A stretch of DNA of 64,000 bases from Sminthopsis crassicaudata (taxonomy: Eukaryota), in the NCBI RefSeq assembly GCF_048593235.1, contig NC_133620.1, forward strand, positions 44,704,852 through 44,768,851, given 5' to 3'. This document shows, one piece after another, positions 52,821 through 64,000 of the stretch. The notes beneath the pieces are model-generated. The model saw nothing but the letters and a program-made list of their open reading frames with translations. It made no database searches and was not told the origin of the DNA. Numbering within the stretch: the stretch's first letter is position 1; each line of letters starts with the position of its first letter. A program made the position numbers and the translations under genes.

Positions 52821-53399
52821 AAACCCTTTCAGATTATTTAAATACTATTCAGGCCAAAGTCAAGCTGATCTTTCAAGGCTCTCACTCTATTCAGACCAAT
52901 GCTTTTAGTCTCACACCCTAATTTTTACCCATAAAGTAATGTATACATTTTGGAAGAGTACTTGCTTCAGATCTAATTTTTCGGCTTAAACATTTGGGAA
53001 ACTGCTGTGAGCCAAAAGAAGCTCAGGTCTTGAGATCAAGGATTTTTTTTTTCAATATGGAAAGTGCTAATATTATGACTATATCTTATATTGCATTAAA
53101 ATTATGATTCTTTTCCGAATTAGGTTCCAGGAGAAAATAAACTCTGAATTCTCTGTTTAAGCATACCAAAGATCCCTAAAAGAAATAGCACCAAGACATA
53201 TTTAAAGAAGTCATGTTGAAATTTAAACACATTTCTCCTGAAATACCACACTGAAGGTTTTCCCTAAGCTGGTTGTCACTAGAGGGATGTGATGAATAGA
53301 ATGTAACAATTTGGTAAGTATTTGAAATAATTCCTATTTTAAGTATTAGGTGAGATGAAACCTTCCCAGTACATTGTACACTACACGGTAGGAAGGTAT

Positions 53400-53693
53400 T
53401 CCTATAATTCAGCTGTAACAATGGATATAAATGGACCTATTACCATGGTAACTATTTTGGAGGCTAATAAAACCGCACCAAATATGAACAACAAAAAAAT
53501 GCCTACAACTCCCCTGTTTCCCCTCCCCTTCCATCCTCCCCCCTCCCAAGTCAGGCTGTAAGTCAAACTTTCCTTCCTTAGTGAAAAAAGTCACTGAAAA
53601 ATCACAGACAGAAAGACCCTCCTTTATTGTTGCAGAGAAGTCTTGTTTTTCAGCTGGCTTCTCCTTTTGTGGAATGCAAAGCTTCCCTTCGGG
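53400..53693 (+). promoter_or_regulatory. candidate alternative promoter and first exon
   Basis: E-box 53410, TATAAAT 53426, RFX X-box-like attaccatggtaac 53439-53452, donors GCT|gtaagt (about 53558) and GGG|gtaaga (53694); ATG 53674 gives MQSFPS(G). Confidence 0.4.
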
Positions 53694-54440
53694 GTAAGAG
53701 GGAGATTTATTCTCTTGCATAAAGGGAGGAAAGGGTTTAGTAAAAGTGAAATCTGTGGAACAGACAAACTTAAAAAATATATTTTCTTTCTTAACCCGAG
53801 CATAAATCACAGTTTATAAACAAGCCCTGGTATTCCTTGCTTTCTTTTAAAGCAGGAAAGAAAAGGGGAAAGAAGACATAATGGAGAATTGGTAATTTAT
53901 AACTGCTGGGGATAAACAAACCTTTTGTAATTTTTTTTTCCTAAAAAAGTTTTTTGAGAAATTGTTTTTCCCTATCATTCGATGCTTTAGAAGTAACATG
54001 CATTTAAGGAAACATTTTTTTTTAATTTAAATGGCAGTAGATTTAACAACAGCCTAAATAAAAATTTGTAGTAGAGTTTTTTTTTTTAAACAAAGAAAAG
54101 CATTGTTTTTGGAGTCAGAGGACCTTGATTCATATTCTACTTCTCTTACCTACTAACTACTGAGACACTGTGTAAGTCAATTAAATTTTCTGCATCTTAG
54201 TCTCTTTACCTGTAAAAAGATACACTTGGAATAAATGACCTTCAAAATACTTTCCCTATCTCTATCTCTGAAACTGATCCTAAGATAATTTCCATCTCAA
54301 TTTACTAAAATCAAAACAAAAAAACCACAATCAAATAAACTGATTTACTTAAGAAGAATTAATGAATAGATAGACTTTTATAAATTGAAATGAAGTACTC
54401 TGAATAGGAAACAGGGGGCTAATGGATAAATATAAGAAAA

Positions 54441-55065
54441 TATAATGCTTGTTCCCTGTGTGAAACTCCCTGGGTCTTCCTTTCCTTATGAGGAACTTGG
54501 ACAAGATGTCCTCTGATGATGTTTGTTCCAGGGGTAGATATATGATCTTAGAAGTGAATTTCTGATTCTACTTTGGGACATTATCCAGATTAAGCTAATG
54601 GATGGTCTTTTGAATCTGTCTGGTTTTCCACTTGCGATAACTACAGTGAGACTTGGAGCCATCACGGGCATTGCCACCTGCTTCTTGAAGCTCCCTACTT
54701 AACACCAAATGTTCTCCAACAGGCTTGTGGCACTGCACCCACTCTGAGACTTGTGGCAGAGCCCAATCTTGAGCCTGACCTGGCTCCACAGGGTAGGATG
54801 TAGGCAGGGTGGGAGTGCCAGCTGCATATCTAAGCAGCTGGGCTCTAATGGCCAGTGGGCGGAAGAAATACAAGGACATTCCATAACACAACTTTGAGCC
54901 CAGTGGCACTGCTGTGGGCTGCCAGCAAGTGACAATGACAGACAGGGATGCGGCAGTCAAAGATGGGATCACTTTTTGAGCATGGGAATTCTCTAGTCCA
55001 ATAGCAACAGCAGTACCCAGGATATACCTAGAAGCAAGAGGCTACAGAAACTGATTGCAAAGTTT
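54441..55065. pseudogene. unidentified GC-richer segment, possible retroposed sequence
   Basis: Composition shift bounded by direct repeat ATATAAGAAAA (54430-54440, 55066-55076); one minus frame has only 3 stops over about 208 codons. Confidence 0.3.
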
Positions 55066-55577
55066 ATATAAGAAAAGACTTAAATATATCCAAGACAGAA
55101 AAAAATAACTCACTGATCTTACACTTTTCCTTTTATGTTCATCATACCTATTATAGCTAGTAATGTCTTTGGCAGGTACACTTCAGAGAGAAAGAACATG
55201 CTACTTAAGAAGAAGTGTGGGAGAGAGTTTTTACAAAATATTCAGTAATGTTGATAAACGTGGCCTTGGAATTACATGGATCAAAACTTTGAATGTTTCA
55301 TAGCATGTAATATTATTGGGCTCAATTCAAAGTTCCAAAATAATGATCAAGATACTGATCTGTTATTGTCTCACCAGGATGGCACAGTGTTTAAAGTATA
55401 GTCACTTTCATTTGCATGGCTTTTTAAGATTTACAAAGCAAGGTCAGCCCTGTGAAATGGGCAGTTTAGATATTCTCAGACTTATTATACAAATGAGGAA
55501 AATGAGCATCAAAGAAGAAAAGTGTCTACTATTACATTAGAGCTCAAAATGGTCCTCTGGGAGTAAAATTGGAAAGT

Positions 55578-55818
55578 CAAATACTGAAGCTTACATACTT
55601 TGGCCACATAATGAGAAGATGGAATTCATTGGAAAGACCCTTATGTTGGGAAAGGTAAAAGGAGAAAGAGATGTCAAAAGATAATATAGATAAATAATAT
55701 CATAGAAGTAATGAATATGAGCCTGGACAGATTTGGAGAGAGAATGGAGGACAGAAAGATGTGATGTGCTATGGTCCATCAAGTCTCAAAGAATCAGACA
55801 TAACTAAGGAACAAGAAA
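55578..55818 (+). mobile_element. RTE (BovB-like) LINE 3' end
   Basis: Translates QILKLTYFGHIMRRWNSLEKTLMLGKVKGER...MSLDR...AMVH, matching the recalled BovB/RTE RT C-terminus (YFGHLMRRADSLEKTLMLGKIEG). Confidence 0.9.
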
Positions 55819-56121
55819 CTGCTATAGCAAAAGCTTTTTTTTTTATTTTTTATTTTTTTTATTTGGTCAGAACAATGATATATAACCAACTAAAAGCTAC
55901 TTCTTAGAAAATTCTTGCCTAAATATCTTTGTGGTCAAGTATCCCTGAAGGAAGTTGTGCAGGTGGTACAATGTGGATAGGCAATATTAAGGTATTTTTT
56001 CCCTCCATGGTCAAATTTGTATTAATTCCACTTTCATCACTGAGTTAATAGTAAAATCATAATAATGCAGTAACATACATTTACAAAACACTTTCAGATT
56101 TCTGCCCAACAGTCCTTTAAG

Positions 56122-56268
56122 NNNNNNNNNNNNNNNNNNNNNNNNNNNNNNNNNNNNNNNNNNNNNNNNNNNNNNNNNNNNNNNNNNNNNNNNNNNNNNN
56201 NNNNNNNNNNNNNNNNNNNNNNNNNNNNNNNNNNNNNNNNNNNNNNNNNNNNNNNNNNNNNNNNNNNN
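56122..56268. other. assembly gap (N run)
   Basis: Run of N. Confidence 1.
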
Positions 56269-56556
56269 TGGTAAATCTATCTATCTATCTGTCTATCTAT
56301 CTAAATATACACATACATACATATATATTTATTATTAATTAATTTATTTATTGTTTCTATTTTACAGATGGGGAAAGTGGAACTCAAAGGAAAACTTTAC
56401 TGTGTTAAGTAACAATTGCAGGATTAGGTTTTCTGACTCTTAATGAAATATATGAGTGTGAAAAGTCATGAAGGCACTAAGCCTTAGCACATTGTAAAAA
56501 AAAACAACCAAAAAAAAATAGCTTCTTGAGTCAAAGGATACTAGTTAGAATTCTTG

Positions 56557-56890
56557 CTCTGGGCTGGTATGGCACACATACCTGGAGTCCAAGTTGCTGG
56601 GGAGACTTATCTGATGGCTCCCTCAGTCTGATAGCTAAATTGAGTTCAGGAGTTCTGAATTATAATAGAGCTAAGGTGGATTCTGTGCCTACTCTAGATC
56701 TGACACTAATATGATGAGCCATGTGGAGGGGTTAGGAAAGGGCACTATGCTATCCAGTGAAGACTAAACTGGTCCAGCTTGGAAGAGCAAGCAGAGCAAG
56801 CCTGTGTGTAGGGAGAAATTTGAGCCACACAGCCTCTTAGTCCTCTTCCTGCTCTAGGCCAGTGATGGGATTAACTTAAACCCTCACTGG
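56557..56890 (+). pseudogene. RN7SL: degenerate 7SL (SRP) RNA retrocopy
   Basis: Collinear with 7SL: ctgggctggtatggcacacatacctggagtccaag, ttgagttcaggagttctg, aatatgatgagcc, aactggtccagcttggaa (7SL aaccggcccaggtcggaa). Confidence 0.8.
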
Positions 56891-59129
56891 CATATTTTAC
56901 AGAGGTCAAACATAAGAAAAGGGTTGTCAGTGGACAATTAAAGAAATGGGATCTTTGATAAAAAATTAGTCTACTTTTGAATTTTAAAGCTATTTCTTTC
57001 CAGGCTTCCTTTGACAATTAAGGGATTTAACTTCTTATAATATTTGAACCCTAATTGTAGTTTTTTAATCTTTATGTTAGTTCTCTTTAATATTTCCTCT
57101 TTTTTTAAAGGCTTCTTGAGGCTCAGCATTCTCAAGTAATATCTATAAAATACTGCAAAATGTTATGAAGGGAAATAAATGCCCCCTTCCTAATGGAATC
57201 AGTGACTTGGTGGTCAGTAAGGATCCCTACTACCACATTTCTAGTGAGCACCAAACGACTACCTTTTGTACTACAAATATAGGTCAGTTAGTGATGGTCA
57301 AGATGACTTGGCCATTTTTGCTGGGGCAAAGAAAATATTGTTGATCCAAAGATGCTGTTTTATAAAACTTAACCTTAAATATGCCTCTATCAGAAAAAGT
57401 GCTGAATTTGGAGTCAGAATATGTTAGGTACTTTGCACTAATCACATAGTTCCCTCATTAATAAAAATAAGATAATGGGACCATATCTCTAAGTTCCCTT
57501 CTAGTTTTAAAACTTTGTCCACTTCTAGAGTTTTGTAGAAGACCTCCAAGAATAGGGTATCAAATTCTTATTCAAAATCTCATTTTTAAAGGTTAGCTAC
57601 TTTATTTTTTCCTAGTAGGTAAATATTTCTCAAAAAAAAAAAAACTTTCTCTGCCCTCTCTACCTCTCTTCTGTCCTTTTAATAGATAAGTTCCCTTTAT
57701 CTGGTTATTGGAGATATCAAGCTGATGTTGATAACTCAGCTGTTTGGAGGTCTGCATGATCTGGGGAAGTACCTCAGCTGTCCATTAAAAGGATGCTATC
57801 TGACTGGAGATTTATTTCTTCTTTAATGCTTACTGGCGTATTTCTTTTCTTTTTAACAAATGAACATGAATGGGGATTGGGGGGAGAGAAGGAAAAGTGG
57901 TATTTCATATTGAAAATAAAGAGACTTTTATGTTAGAAAAAAATGCTGGTGGTTGAAAGGTCCCAATCCAATAGACACAGAATCTCTTATTACACACTCT
58001 TTTCTGTCTACTTGTTTTCATTAGTATTGTTACCAGTCTCATTTTCTATTAATTAAATGTCACTGGTGCAAGCAGTCCCCTTTGAAATGGAACACCTTCT
58101 CCATAAGGGAGAGAGGAAGGCAAATCTCAAGCTTCATTAAATCCTTTGTGTTTCAAGTTTGTTCATTTTATCTATTGTCTGCTCTTGGCACGAGAGTGTC
58201 AACAGGTGTAACCAAGTTTAAAGGCAGACTGAGTGCCAATGGCTTCTCTAGTGCTGGCATGGGAAAGGACCTCCTGCAAGAAGAGAAGCCTCTTCAAGCG
58301 TTTTGTAAGCTGCCATTGGCTAGCACTCATGTCAAAGTAGGAGAGTCCAGCCAACTTCTAAATAGGCAATGTGCCATCTCAACAGATGGGCCTAGGTGTA
58401 GGCAGCCAAGAGACCAAAGACAGGCCCCAAATATAGGGAGCAAGGCCTTCCTTCCCACCGAGAGTGCTGAAATGTCTGTTTGTCCTAAGATGAGAGAGAG
58501 AGAAGGCTTTAAAAAGTCTTTTCTACAGCACTAGTTATAGCTGATACTTTTCCTCAGAAATGTCTGTGTTCTTGAATGGGATCCGACTTCTGGTAAACAT
58601 GAAACACAGAAAACAAAATGGTAAAAAAGGGGAAAAAGCAGAAATATATTCAAAGAATGCAACTGATGTGTGCCTTCTTATATTAGAATACATGTATTTC
58701 ATAAAAATGAAAAGATATTAATTGATCACTTATTATGGGGCTAGGCACTGTGCTAAGGGCTAGAGATTCAAATATAAGCAAGACAGCTCCTATTCTCAAA
58801 AAAATCTTCTATTCCATCAGGGCAAGAGAACACATACAGGGAAACTGGTGGCCAGGAAGACCTTGTTTATGGTACATTATGGCCTGCACACACTTGCCAT
58901 ATGCTTCTCTATTTCTCTTTTGGTGATACCCATTTTAATTTCTTTGGAGTTTCTGACATGCCATGAATGCCATCTATGTAATAATTTTATATTATATAAT
59001 ATAAAATGTCGTATTATGTGATATAAATGATTATATTATATGTGTTGTAATTATGTTAATTATATTATTTATATAATATACAATATATTATATATAATAT
59101 GATTACATGTATGCATTTATGTACAATAT

Positions 59130-59350
59130 CTTTTTACCTCACTTTAGGTTTTGCAAAGCACTTTATTAACTCTTTTGATCTTCACAATAATCCTTTGAGT
59201 AGGGACTATACCATCTGTATTTTTCAGATGATGAAATTGAGGCATAAAGAATTGAAATAACTTGTCCAGATTCACACCTGTTAAAGTCCAAAATCTTCCT
59301 GAATTCATGTCCAACACTCTAGCCATTGTTCCACCTAACTGCCTAAAAAT
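59130..59350 (-). mobile_element. MIR SINE
   Basis: aaagcactttatt...cttcacaataatcct...tttcagatgatgaaattgagg antisense MIR. Confidence 0.8.
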
Positions 59351-59823
59351 CCAGAGAGAATCTTGGTATTATAAAGATGGATCTTTTTTTCACAGAGATA
59401 TTTAGGTCATTAAATGAACTTTGCGACTTTCAAAGGCAGATTTTATCCTTATACTTGTACTCTAAAACTCTAAAATTTATACTCTAAACCTGATGAATAG
59501 TAATTAAAAGCAATAATCCCTACACAATGATATCTTATTTATTCAGACTAGTTGATAATTCAATTGAGTTCTAGGCTAATAGGAACTTTAACAGTAATCT
59601 CATCCAATTCCCTCATCTCACAATTGTGAAATCTGAAGTCCAAGATATTGGTGGCAAAAAAGGCCATTTTGGTCTAGGAAATCACAGGGATAGTGAATAG
59701 AATAGCCAATGGAACTTTTCTAGTAACAAGGATGTAATGTTGAATAGGATTTATACATCATGTGACCTAAAAGATTCTGGACAACTGAGAATGACCATTT
59801 TTTAAAAATTAAAGTGTTTTATT

Positions 59824-59967
59824 ATTATTTTTTTTTTTTGCTGAGGCTGGGGTTAAGTGACGTGTCCAGGGTCACACAGCTAGGAAGTATCTGAGACCAG
59901 ATTTGAACTCAGGTCCTCCTGTGAATTCAAGGCTGGTGCTCTATCCACTGTGCCATCTAGCTGCCCC
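59824..59967 (-). mobile_element. young WSINE1-like SINE with perfect 13-bp TSD
   Basis: Poly-T, near-consensus body ending ctagctgcccc; TSD aaagtgttttatt at 59811-59823 and 59968-59980. Confidence 0.95.
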
Positions 59968-60624
59968 AAAGTGTTTTATTTTCAAAACATATATATGGAT
60001 AATTTTTCAACATGGCAATGACCATGTTAAGAAAAACAAAATCATTTGAATGCAAGGAATGCTCCTAAATCTAGCAAAATGCCATCATTCAAAGTAGGCA
60101 CTTAATAATAAATGCCTTCTTAATTTACTTAGAATACGAAAAATACCCATCCTTAGACTGCCTTTAAAAATTAACCAAACTTTTGCCTCACAACATGTTT
60201 CTAATGAAGTCAATGCAAATATCATAATGCCTGGTTTATAGAGGAGGAAACCAAGGCTTCTCTTAACTCACACAGCTAATAAGTGTCAGTTGGGACTCAA
60301 GTAAAATCTTTTTTTCCATTCCTCTAAATCCAGAATAATATTAATTTAACAATGAACTATAATTTTCATACAATGAAACAACGTCTAAAGTGCTTTGTGG
60401 TCATAGGATGATAACTTTAAAACTGTAAGGGATCTTAGATGCCATCTAGTCCAATGCCCTTATTTCAATATGAAGAAACAGGTCCACAATCCCGCAGCCA
60501 ATAAGCATCAGAAGCGACATTTGGACTCAGATGCCCTGAGTCTGGATACATGCTTTTAGATGTGTGTGTTGCTTCCCAAAGTGCTTCCCCTTCTGCACTG
60601 CCCCACAACAACCAGGTGAGACAG

Positions 60625-60880
60625 GTATTCAACCAACTGGCATTTATTAAGTGCCTACTATGGGCCAAGCATGGGCTAAGTGCTAAGGATATAAAGACTA
60701 AAGGTAGTCACCCTCTTCAAGAAACTCACATTCTAATGGGGGAAATGTGAAACAACAATGTACAAACGAGATCTAGACAGGCTAAAAGGGAGATAATCAA
60801 AAGAGGAAAGTCCTTGTGAGGTTGGGAAAAAACATCCCCTTCTTGGAGAAAGTGTAACTTTAGATGAGACCTAAGGGAGG
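60625..60880 (-). mobile_element. L2 3' fragment
   Basis: gcatttattaagtgcctactatgggccaagcatgggctaagtgct antisense L2 tail. Confidence 0.8.
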
Positions 60881-61419
60881 ACATATATATTGCTCTTCTC
60901 TCTACCCATTTTATGGATAAACAAACTAAGACTCAGATTGGGGAAGTGAACATACCACAGTCACAGGGATGATAAATGATTAGATTTCATTTTATCTGAA
61001 TTTCAGCCCAGATTTCTTTCCATTATACTAGACAAGCTTTCACTCAGATTTGTCCAAAGTAATATATTCATAGACTTTGCTTAAAGATTTTATGCTTCTG
61101 AATTAAAGCAGATAATATATATGTGTGTGTACACACATACATACACTGCATACCCATATACACATGATACTCACAGATACACATATATACTTCCATGACT
61201 CAAGATAAGGATTTATCATGACAATAATATTATTGTTATGATCTTGATAATAGTATTATTATTATGACTATAATGAATAAAAATTTGATTATCTTCTATG
61301 CATTTGGCTCATTTCATTCAGAATGGACAATTTTCTAAACTTCCTATTTCCTCTACCCTATATAAAGATCAGGTCAATCTATCTTGCATTAGAGAGAAAT
61401 CATATAAAAAATAAAGACA

Positions 61420-61610
61420 TTTATGTACATATTTTACATAGATATATTCATATATGTACATATATGTGTATGTACATACACATATATAGACAAAATATGT
61501 GTCATATATGTATTTACATGCATAATATTTTGTCTGTATACATGCATCATATGTGTGTATATGTGTATACACACACACACATATATATATACACAAACAT
61601 ATACATACAG
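61420..61610. repeat. TA/CA low-complexity tract
   Basis: Degenerate dinucleotide repeats. Confidence 0.9.
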
Positions 61611-63042
61611 ATAGCTATCTGCCTATCTTTGTTTTTAAAAATTTCCCCAACCAAATGACCTTAAAATAACTGGACTTCAAAGGAAGAGGTTGGTTTTTAT
61701 AGCTGATAAAAATGGATTACTTGTATACTTGGTTTTAAGTATCTTAGTAAACTACCAATATCCTCCTCGGGTCCCATGGTGGAATTCTCTTAATTGAAGT
61801 ATGAACCACTACTCTAGACCACTGAAGAGCTCTGTGGAACTTCTGACTAATGAAGTGAGACTGAACTGGAGGAGCCCCTCTAGAGAATTTGAATCCCTTA
61901 CACTTCCCTAGAGGACAGATTGCTAGTGTGTTCCTACATTTTTGGACAATGGGAGTTTGGTATAGATCAGCTGAAAAAGATAAGATGTTGGATTGCAAGC
62001 CATGTCCAAAGGTGCCCTCAATCTTTCTTATTCTTTTCGAACAGCTGTTGTGAATATGCATCCAGAGGCTATTCACCAAAGACATAATCCCCATCTCTAA
62101 ACAGTCTTTGCAGTTGTTACTTTGCAAAACTGTTTATTTTTTTCTTTTCAAGTATGAATGTGTAGATAGGTGTGTAGTTAGCCCACATGACTGAGTGTGT
62201 TGAGAGGAAACTCTAAAGAGAAGAACATTTTAATGTGTTGCTGTTGCTTATCGTTCAAATCCAAATCTTAGATTGTTATCCCAATCTTACACAAAAATAT
62301 ATCTTGGTCCCACTACTGATTTATATAGTAAGAGTCTCCTTTAACCAAGAGTCTCTTCTACTTCTTTGAGGCAGCAGCTTCTTTTTACTCTGAATGTCTA
62401 TATAACGTTCTTATTTATCACTTATTAGTTTCATATCATTTACTGCTTCCTTCACTAATGTCTTCGTCAGGTACTTTATGGTGGTTGGGGGAATGCTCTA
62501 AAAGGTAAGTGATCACAAGCATTGACAGTAAAACTGCAAGGACTTTGAGTGTGGGGTCCTCAAACAGATAATATGTTCAATCCTGAAGGAGCAGATTCTA
62601 ACATCTAAAGCCATAAAGGCTCATTATTATAAGGATGCTTCTTAAGTGAAGGGTGCTTTCGGTCATTGCAACACATCTTACTATGGAGCAGTCTTCATTG
62701 GTTCATATGCTACTTATGTCAATGGGTATTTAGAAATATCAACAAATATATTGCCTCATATTTTCAGTTATTTAGAAATGTGTATAGGATGAATCTTCAA
62801 AACAAGATCAATTACAGTTCCCCAAACTACTCCTTGAAAATAAGTATTAATTATGATTTATATATTGTCTTGTCAACAGTGACTAGTGGATAGCATGGAT
62901 ACCTGATAAATGTTAGTTTTGTTGGCTGAGGAAAGATGGGGAAATGGCACATAGAAAGAACAAGATGAAAGATGTAAAGTGAAGGAAGGACTGACACTGA
63001 ATAAGAGGAGTCAGGTTCAAATCTTACTTTGATACTTAGAAT

Positions 63043-63876
63043 TTGTATGATCTTCACAAAATAGAACATTTTGATTACACCAAATTAAAAAGTTTCTGCA
63101 CAAACAAAACTAATGCAAACAAGATTAGAAGGGAAGTAACAAATTGGGAAAAAATTTTTACAGTTAAAGGTTCTGATAAAGGCCTCATCTCCAAAATATA
63201 CAGAGAATTGACTTTAATTTATAAGAAATCAAGCCATTCTCCAATTGATAAATGGTCAAAGGATATGAACAGACAATTTTCAGATGATGAAATTAAAACT
63301 ATTTCCACTCATATGAAAGAGTGTTCCAAATCACTATTGATCAGAGAAATGCAAATTAAGACAACTCTGAGGTATCATTACACACCTGTCAGATTGGCTA
63401 AGATGACAGGAACAAATAACGATGAATGTTGGAGGGGCTGTGGGAAAACTGGGACACTGATGCATTGTTGGTGGAGTTGTGAAAGAATTCAACCATTCTG
63501 GAGAGCAATCTGGAATTATGCCCAAAAAGTTATCAAAATGTGCATACCCTTTGACCCAGCCATACTACTACTGGGCTTATACCCCAAGGAAATCCTAAAG
63601 AAGGGAAAGGGACCTGTATGTGCCAAAATGTTTGTGGCAGCCCTTTTCATAGTGGCTAGAAGCTGGAAGATGAATGGATGTCCATCAATTGGAGAATGGT
63701 TGGGTAAACTATGGTATATGAATGTTATGGAATATTATTGTTCTATAAGAAATGACCAACAGGAGAAATACAGAGAGGCTTGGAGAGACTTACATCAACT
63801 GATGCTGAGTGAAACGAGCAGAACCAGAAGATCATTATACACTTCAACAATGATACTGTACGAGGATGTATGCTGA
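63043..63876 (+). CDS. L1 ORF2p C-terminal fragment (277 aa, no initiator; not a host gene)
   Basis: KLKSFCT, IREMQIKTTLRYHYTPVR, C-X3-C-X7-H-X4-C knuckle CWRGCGKTGTLMHCWWSC (63427-63480), CPSIGEWL. Confidence 0.9.
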   Translation: MYDLHKIEHFDYTKLKSFCTNKTNANKIRREVTNWEKIFTVKGSDKGLISKIYRELTLIYKKSSHSPIDKWSKDMNRQFSDDEIKTISTHMKECSKSLLIREMQIKTTLRYHYTPVRLAKMTGTNNDECWRGCGKTGTLMHCWWSCERIQPFWRAIWNYAQKVIKMCIPFDPAILLLGLYPKEILKKGKGPVCAKMFVAALFIVARSWKMNGCPSIGEWLGKLWYMNVMEYYCSIRNDQQEKYREAWRDLHQLMLSETSRTRRSLYTSTMILYEDVC

Positions 63877-64000
63877 TGGAAGTGGATTTCTTCAACATAG
63901 AGAAGAGCTAATCCAATTCCAATTGATTAATGATGGACAGAACCAGCTACATCCAGAAAAGGAACACTGGGAAATGAATGTAAACGGTTATTTTTACCTT
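63043..64000 (+). mobile_element. young 5'-truncated L1 inserted in a MIR head; extends beyond the window
   Basis: Uninterrupted ORF2 C-terminal frame followed by 3' UTR; MIR head (gagtcaggttcaaatc) ends just upstream. Confidence 0.97.

Noticed and set aside
53409-53810. 133-aa minus-strand ORF (QENKSPSYPEGKLCIPQKEKPAEKQ...)
   Set aside because: It looks protein-like but has no recognisable homology or convincing minus-strand splice donor. The plus-strand promoter/exon reading explains the region better.
54605-54625. LLNLSG, identical to a hexapeptide in filovirus nucleoprotein
   Set aside because: Flanking residues are not collinear with NP (no VNNLEHG or AHGSTLAG), so a six-residue match is consistent with chance.
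62471-62504. 34-nt exon-like unit ending AAG|gtaagt
   Set aside because: Weak acceptor, not frame-preserving, no recognisable peptide.
1-64000. CRISPR arrays, tRNA/rRNA genes, prokaryotic defence or operon systems
   Set aside because: No repeat-spacer arrays or such genes were seen. The tRNA-like A/B boxes belong to SINE heads, and the window is mammalian non-coding DNA.

Overview
AT-rich, repeat-dense, apparently non-coding marsupial genomic DNA (a large intron or intergenic region) with six assembly gaps. The repeats point to a marsupial: marsupial-type L1, MAR1/WSINE1-like CORE-SINEs, an RTE/BovB-like LINE fragment and a 7SL retrocopy. SINEs ending in ...gcctcagcaaaa suggest an Australian marsupial, possibly a dasyurid (inference). 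The only confidently recognisable protein-coding sequence is retrotransposon-derived: L1 ORF2 C-termini at 63043-63876 and 30457-30936, and an RTE RT tail at about 55578. I could not recognise any host-gene exon, and there is no CRISPR, rRNA, tRNA or prokaryote-type system. Most ORFs in the supplied track are artefacts of N-gaps, low-complexity DNA or antisense L1. The best leads are: (i) several CpG-retaining, motif-rich unique segments with strong splice donors that look like alternative promoters or first exons (about 7.5, 15.5-15.9 and 53.4-53.7 kb); (ii) an unidentified GC-richer 625-bp segment flanked by an 11-bp direct repeat (possible retrocopy or endogenous viral element); (iii) a 7SL retrocopy that keeps the S domain; (iv) several informative TE structures. 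I found no convincing novel biological system. Repeat family names come from recalled consensus sequences, not a database search, and repeat boundaries are approximate.
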